Source: Escherichia phage vB_EcoM_IME392
Direction: 5' to 3' (one strand)
Length of the DNA stretch: 64,000 nucleotides
Sequence record: MH719082.1
Shown here: positions 59,505 through 64,000 of the stretch, piece after piece
How positions within the stretch are numbered: the stretch's first letter is position 1
Layout of the letters: the number at the start of each line of letters is the position of its first letter
The notes under the pieces: generated by a model
Told to the model about the DNA's origin: nothing
Seen by the model: only the letters and a program-made list of their open reading frames with translations
Databases searched by the model: none
Position numbers and translations under genes: made by a program

Positions 59505-62492
59505 ATGTCTTATAATCCAATTGTAGAAGGGTCAACTTGGCCCGAGACTATTCGCCGCTTAGAAAAGACGGATAGGGCAGAAGGCGGTCAACTAGTTACT
59601 AATTCTAAGGATGAACCAGTATCCGGACATATTAATCATCCAATAACCCAATTAGCTACTAGAACCTCCATTTTAAAAAAGTCTAATTTATCGATAATTA
59701 ATAATACTAAAGAACAGTGGAAGTTATTACTCGGTGACTTAGGACTAACTCTTGTTGGCACTTTTGAAGAAGGTGCTACAGTAAACAGTAAAAAGGATGC
59801 TGTCTGGCATATTGATGGTGGCCAGTGCTACGTGTGGGGTGGCGTGCTCCCTAAGACTGTATATGCTAACTCCTCACCGCTAACTACTGGTGGTGTCTCT
59901 TCTGATGCTTGGGTTAGTATTGGTGATACCGCACTGCGAGGGCAAATATCAGACCCGGATGGTGCAACAAAATACCCCGAATTGCAGATTGCTCGATGGC
60001 GTGACATTTTCGACCCTCGTGGTTGGGGAGCTAAAGGTGATGGATTAGTCGATGATACTGTGGCTCTTAATAATCTGTTAAGCGCTGCTCCAGTAGGTCA
60101 GAAAATTAATGGTAACGGCAGAACCTATAAAGTATCCGCACTTCCAGATATTAGCAGATTCGTTAACACTCGTTTCGTTTATGAGCGTATTCCTGGCCAG
60201 CCGCTTTATTATGTATCTGACGAGTTTGTTCAGGGTGAGTTAATTAAAATAACCGATACCCCTTATTACAATGCTTGGCCTCAGGATAAAGCGTTCGTTT
60301 ACGACGATGTTATTTACTGTCCGTTCATGGCTAGCGATCGGCACGGGGTTAGCAGGCTTCATGTATCCTGGGTTCGCTCAGGTGATGACGGACAGACCTG
60401 GACGACCCCGGAGTGGCTAACTGACCTACACCCTAATTACCCAACAGTTAACTACCACTGTATGAGTATGGGGGTGATGCGTAATCGTCTCTTTGCGATG
60501 ATTGAGACCCGTACTTTAGCAGCTAACGCATTAGTGACCTGTGAGTTGTGGGATCGCCCCATGTCCCGTAACTACCATCTGACAGGTGGTATAACAAAAG
60601 CTGCCAACCAGCCTGTGGCTGTAATTACCATCCCTGAACACGGTCTTTTTGCTGGGGATTTTGTTAACTTCTCGAACTCTGGGGTGACTGGCGTTTCTGG
60701 GAATATGACTGTAACTTCAGTTATTGACCGCAACACGTTTACAGTTACCACGCCAAATCAACAAGCATTCGACCAAAATAACTCTACCAGCCGCTGGCAT
60801 ATGGGGACATCGTTCCATCAGTCACCATGGCGTAAAACCAGCCTTGGATTGATCCCTATGGTTACCGAGGTTCACAGTTTTACCGCCATCAATAACGATT
60901 CATTCATGATGGGGTACCATCAGGGTGATGTTGCTCCGCGTGAAGTAGGTATGTTGTATTTCCCTGATGCATTTAACAATCCTGGGCATTATATAAAACG
61001 ACGTATCCCTGCTGAATATGAGCCGGATGCGGCAGAACCCTGTGTTAAATATTTTGACGGTGTTCTTTATGTTGTAACCCGTGGAACTCGGTCGGACCGT
61101 CTGGGTAGTTCGCTTCATCGTAGTAATGATTTGGGTATAACCTGGCAATCATTGAGGTTCCCGAATAATGTCCACCACTCCACCCTGCCATTCGCTAAGG
61201 TAGGAAACGAACTGATTCTTTTCGGCACTGAACGCGCCGACAACGAGTGGGAAGCAAACGCACCCGACCAGCGATATTTTAGTTCTTACCCACGAACGTT
61301 TTACACGCGAGTGAACCTCGACACCTGGAACCTGGATAATACTCAGTGGGTGAATATCACTGACCAGATTTATCAGGGTGGTATTGTTAACTCTGGCGTC
61401 GGTGTCGGATCGGTCGTCGTGAAAGATAGTTATATCTATTACATGTTCGGTGGGGAAGACCATCTGAACCCATGGACATATGGAGATAACTTAGAGAAAG
61501 ACCCATTCAAATCAGACGGTCATCCCTCAGATTTGTATTGTTACAAAATGCAGATCGGTCCAGACAATCGTGTTTCTCGTGATTTCAGGTACGGTGCTGT
61601 ACCTGACAGAGCGGTTCCAGTGTTTTTTGATACGAATGGAGTTCGCACTGTTCCTGCTCCAATGGAATTTACAGGGGATTTGGGTTTAGGTCATGTGACC
61701 ATTAGAGCCAGCACCAGTAGTAACATTCGCTCTGAAGTTTTAATGGAAGGTGAGTATGGGTTTATCGGGAAATCTGTACCGACTAATAACCCTGCAGGTC
61801 AGCGCATCATATTTTGCGGAGGCGACGGTACCAGTTCTTCTACTGGTGCACAGATTACGCTTTACGGTGCGAGTAACACAGCTTCTCGCAGGATAGTTTA
61901 CAACGGAGATGAGCATCTGTTTCGGAGTGCTGATGTTAAGCCTTATAACGATAACGTCATTGCGCTTGGTGGGCCTAGCAACCGTTTCACCACTGCATAC
62001 CTCGGAAGCAACCCTATTGTTACTTCTAACGGAGAGAAGAAAACAGAGCCGGTAGTTTTTGATGATGCTTTTTTAGATGCTTGGGGCGATGTTCATTACA
62101 TCATGTATCAGTGGTTGGATTCTGTACACCTGAAAGGAAATGACGCTAGAATCCATTTTGGCGTAATTGCTCAGCAGATCCGCGATGTATTCATTGCTCA
62201 CGGTCTGATGGATGAGAACAGCACGGATTGCCGCTATGCTGTTCTGTGTTACGACAAATATCCTCGCATGACAGACATGGTGTTCTCTCACTATGAAATA
62301 GTTGAACACACTGACGAGGAGGGTAATGTCACTACCACGGAAGAACCTGTATACACCGAGGTGGTTATTCACGAAGAGGGTGAGGAGTGGGGTGTGAGGC
62401 CTGATGGAATTTTCTTTGCTGAGGCAGCATTCCAGAGAAGAAGACTGGAAAGAATCGAAGCCAGACTTTCCGATCTTGAAAAGAAGCAGTAA
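59505..62492 (+). CDS. Endosialidase tailspike (endo-N-acetylneuraminidase, GH58) with C-terminal intramolecular chaperone domain
   Basis: Asp-boxes SGDDGQTW and SNDLGITW. Long colinear stretches match my recollection of coliphage K1F endoNF (GWGAKGDG..., QKINGNGRTYKV, ITDTPYYNAWPQDKAFVY, GDVAPREVG, GHPSDLYCYKM...). The C-terminal S74-type chaperone domain has a Ser-Lys dyad in VTS-NGEKK (Ser codon 62025-62027, residue 841; Lys 846). Confidence 0.85.
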   Translation: MSYNPIVEGSTWPETIRRLEKTDRAEGGQLVTNSKDEPVSGHINHPITQLATRTSILKKSNLSIINNTKEQWKLLLGDLGLTLVGTFEEGATVNSKKDAVWHIDGGQCYVWGGVLPKTVYANSSPLTTGGVSSDAWVSIGDTALRGQISDPDGATKYPELQIARWRDIFDPRGWGAKGDGLVDDTVALNNLLSAAPVGQKINGNGRTYKVSALPDISRFVNTRFVYERIPGQPLYYVSDEFVQGELIKITDTPYYNAWPQDKAFVYDDVIYCPFMASDRHGVSRLHVSWVRSGDDGQTWTTPEWLTDLHPNYPTVNYHCMSMGVMRNRLFAMIETRTLAANALVTCELWDRPMSRNYHLTGGITKAANQPVAVITIPEHGLFAGDFVNFSNSGVTGVSGNMTVTSVIDRNTFTVTTPNQQAFDQNNSTSRWHMGTSFHQSPWRKTSLGLIPMVTEVHSFTAINNDSFMMGYHQGDVAPREVGMLYFPDAFNNPGHYIKRRIPAEYEPDAAEPCVKYFDGVLYVVTRGTRSDRLGSSLHRSNDLGITWQSLRFPNNVHHSTLPFAKVGNELILFGTERADNEWEANAPDQRYFSSYPRTFYTRVNLDTWNLDNTQWVNITDQIYQGGIVNSGVGVGSVVVKDSYIYYMFGGEDHLNPWTYGDNLEKDPFKSDGHPSDLYCYKMQIGPDNRVSRDFRYGAVPDRAVPVFFDTNGVRTVPAPMEFTGDLGLGHVTIRASTSSNIRSEVLMEGEYGFIGKSVPTNNPAGQRIIFCGGDGTSSSTGAQITLYGASNTASRRIVYNGDEHLFRSADVKPYNDNVIALGGPSNRFTTAYLGSNPIVTSNGEKKTEPVVFDDAFLDAWGDVHYIMYQWLDSVHLKGNDARIHFGVIAQQIRDVFIAHGLMDENSTDCRYAVLCYDKYPRMTDMVFSHYEIVEHTDEEGNVTTTEEPVYTEVVIHEEGEEWGVRPDGIFFAEAAFQRRRLERIEARLSDLEKKQ

Positions 62493-62615
62493 ATAAAGAC
62501 TTTTACCGTAGGTAGGAGAAGGTAGAGGCTTCAATTTAAGATTTAACTTAAACTAATCACCACTCTAAAGTTACTAAGTGTTTGTACATCATGTAATATT
62601 TTATGGAGATCACCA

Positions 62616-64000
62616 ATGGGCGGTCGTTCTAAGTTATTTAGCGAACTGGGCGGAGCTCCTCTTAATACTTATCAGCATGATAACCAGACTCTCGATATTC
62701 GCGAGTTAGAAAATCAGCAGAAAGTATTAGACGAGACTCTTGCCGAAACAATAGGCAACGTTAACGAGTTGCAACAGACTGCTGGTCAGTCTATGTATAT
62801 CCTCGGTAACTATGCCTCCGGAATGGTGATCGAGAACGACCGCCAGTACGTCAGATATGATAATCTGCTGTACTATTGGACTGGTCCTGTACCGTTCACT
62901 ACCACCGGCAACTTCTACGAAGAATCCTACTGGACTGGTGGGGTACAGAGCGGTATCGAGTGGAGTTACGAGGTACAGGAAGATGGGGAATTCGAGTTTA
63001 ATATTCCTTACTCCTTTACCAACGTACGTCTATTCGTAGGTGGTGTCCGCCTTACTCGCGTAGAAGATTACACTATCGATGTGATTAATCGCAAGATCAC
63101 TCTGACTAAGGTTAAGCTGTCGAAGGGTGTCCTGGTGACTGCCGAGCTGAACTCTCGTGATGCTCTTAGCGTTACCCAGGATCGCATCGATAGCCTTACC
63201 AGAGAGATCTCAGAGAAAGTAGGTTTCGTTAATTACAAACTTACTGATCTGTCTGAAGGTCAGAGCCTGACTCTCACTACCAGAGTCCAGACTGTAAGCT
63301 TCTCAGTAAATGGGGAGTATTATAAATGGGATGGCGTTCTTCCTAAAGTTGTTAATTATGGAGATCCGGAGCCATCTCAATCTGAACAGGGGACTGGTAA
63401 GTGGATTCCTGTAGGTTCTGGTGCTCTTAAGTCAGAGCTCATGACTGCTGGCGAAACTACTGGTGCTGCTATTGTCTATCTGAGATATGGTGGCACGGTG
63501 GCTGATGGTATTCGATACATCACCCCAGAAATGGCTCGAGCTAAAGGCGACGGTACTACGGACGATACAGCAGCTCTTCGCTCTGCTGTTACCCTGGCTA
63601 AGACTTATGGTCTTAAGCTTATGGGTATGGGTACTTACAAGATCTCTAACCAATCGGTGGATATTTCCGGGGTAGTGATCGAGAACCTAACCATAGTTGG
63701 TACCGGTGCTAGTTCACAGCTGCTGGTTAATGGCGATACGGACATAACTAAGCTGAACCTTAGCAAATGCGGTATTCGTCACATCAACGGTATCTTTAAA
63801 CTCGACCAGTTCGAAATTAATGACTGTTCTGCGACTGCTGCTCTGCTGTGTCAGCAATTAGCAGCTAATAGCCAACTGTTCGTCACTAATGGTATTATGC
63901 GTCGCTGTAACTATGGTTACCTCCGTCAGGGTAGTCCTGCATCTTCCAAGCCGCTCACTGCGACTCTGCTACAGAACTTACAGTTCTTCGACATGAAGAG
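62616..64000 (+). CDS. Tailspike with right-handed beta-helix (pectate-lyase-like) depolymerase domain, 3'-truncated by window
   Basis: Not in the track because there is no stop in the window. My translation from ATG 62616 (GGAGATCACCA-ATG) is open to 64000: MGGRSKLFSELGG... It has the adaptor motif YYKWDGVLPKVVNYGDPEPSQSEQGTGKW, then ARAKGDGTTDDTAALRSA, typical of beta-helix tailspikes. Confidence 0.7.
   Translation, partial: MGGRSKLFSELGGAPLNTYQHDNQTLDIRELENQQKVLDETLAETIGNVNELQQTAGQSMYILGNYASGMVIENDRQYVRYDNLLYYWTGPVPFTTTGNFYEESYWTGGVQSGIEWSYEVQEDGEFEFNIPYSFTNVRLFVGGVRLTRVEDYTIDVINRKITLTKVKLSKGVLVTAELNSRDALSVTQDRIDSLTREISEKVGFVNYKLTDLSEGQSLTLTTRVQTVSFSVNGEYYKWDGVLPKVVNYGDPEPSQSEQGTGKWIPVGSGALKSELMTAGETTGAAIVYLRYGGTVADGIRYITPEMARAKGDGTTDDTAALRSAVTLAKTYGLKLMGMGTYKISNQSVDISGVVIENLTIVGTGASSQLLVNGDTDITKLNLSKCGIRHINGIFKLDQFEINDCSATAALLCQQLAANSQLFVTNGIMRRCNYGYLRQGSPASSKPLTATLLQNLQFFDMK

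Noticed and set aside
1-64000. Lysogeny or mobile-element hallmarks (integrase, repressor, att-like repeats, transposase).
   Set aside because: I recognised none. The window looks like a strictly virulent phage, and the only mobile-type gene is the homing-endonuclease-like ORF.

Overview
This 64-kb window looks like part of a large virulent phage with a contractile tail. The gene content recalls phi92/rV5-like coliphages that infect encapsulated E. coli, but that is from memory and unverified. All family calls were made by eye from motifs; no searches were run.

The left arm (1-29.2 kb) is transcribed only on the minus strand. It contains:
- a nine-gene island that I read as a DNA base-hypermodification pathway: TS-like hydroxymethylase, P-loop kinase, aGPT-Pplase-like protein, T4 beta-glucosyltransferase-like enzyme, GT2, PIG-L deacetylase, BCCT-family membrane transporter, ATP-grasp-like ligase and SAM methyltransferase;
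- T4-type topoisomerase II subunits and a homing-endonuclease-like insertion;
- a fused Mre11-Rad50 protein, FEN/RNase H, an SSB-like protein, RusA, and DnaB-like and SF2 helicases;
- a 2.3-kb ORF-poor, locally GC-rich, heavily structured region with tRNA-Met(CAU), tRNA-Arg(UCU) and tRNA-like fragments;
- a small operon with a SLOG (YpsA-like) protein and a stand-alone Pol-beta 8-kDa-like domain.

Fifteen copies of one 31-nt motif, all on the minus strand, precede these early or middle genes. They are probably phage promoters.

The right arm (29.3-64 kb) is the plus-strand late module:
- terminase, portal, scaffold and major capsid;
- sheath, tube, a tape measure with a GH19 lysozyme domain, and the baseplate;
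- at least six receptor-binding proteins, including a GH58-type endosialidase and a beta-helix tailspike cut by the window edge.

The best candidates for something undescribed are the modification island with its transporter, and the promoter-driven ORF-free structured RNA region around the tRNAs.
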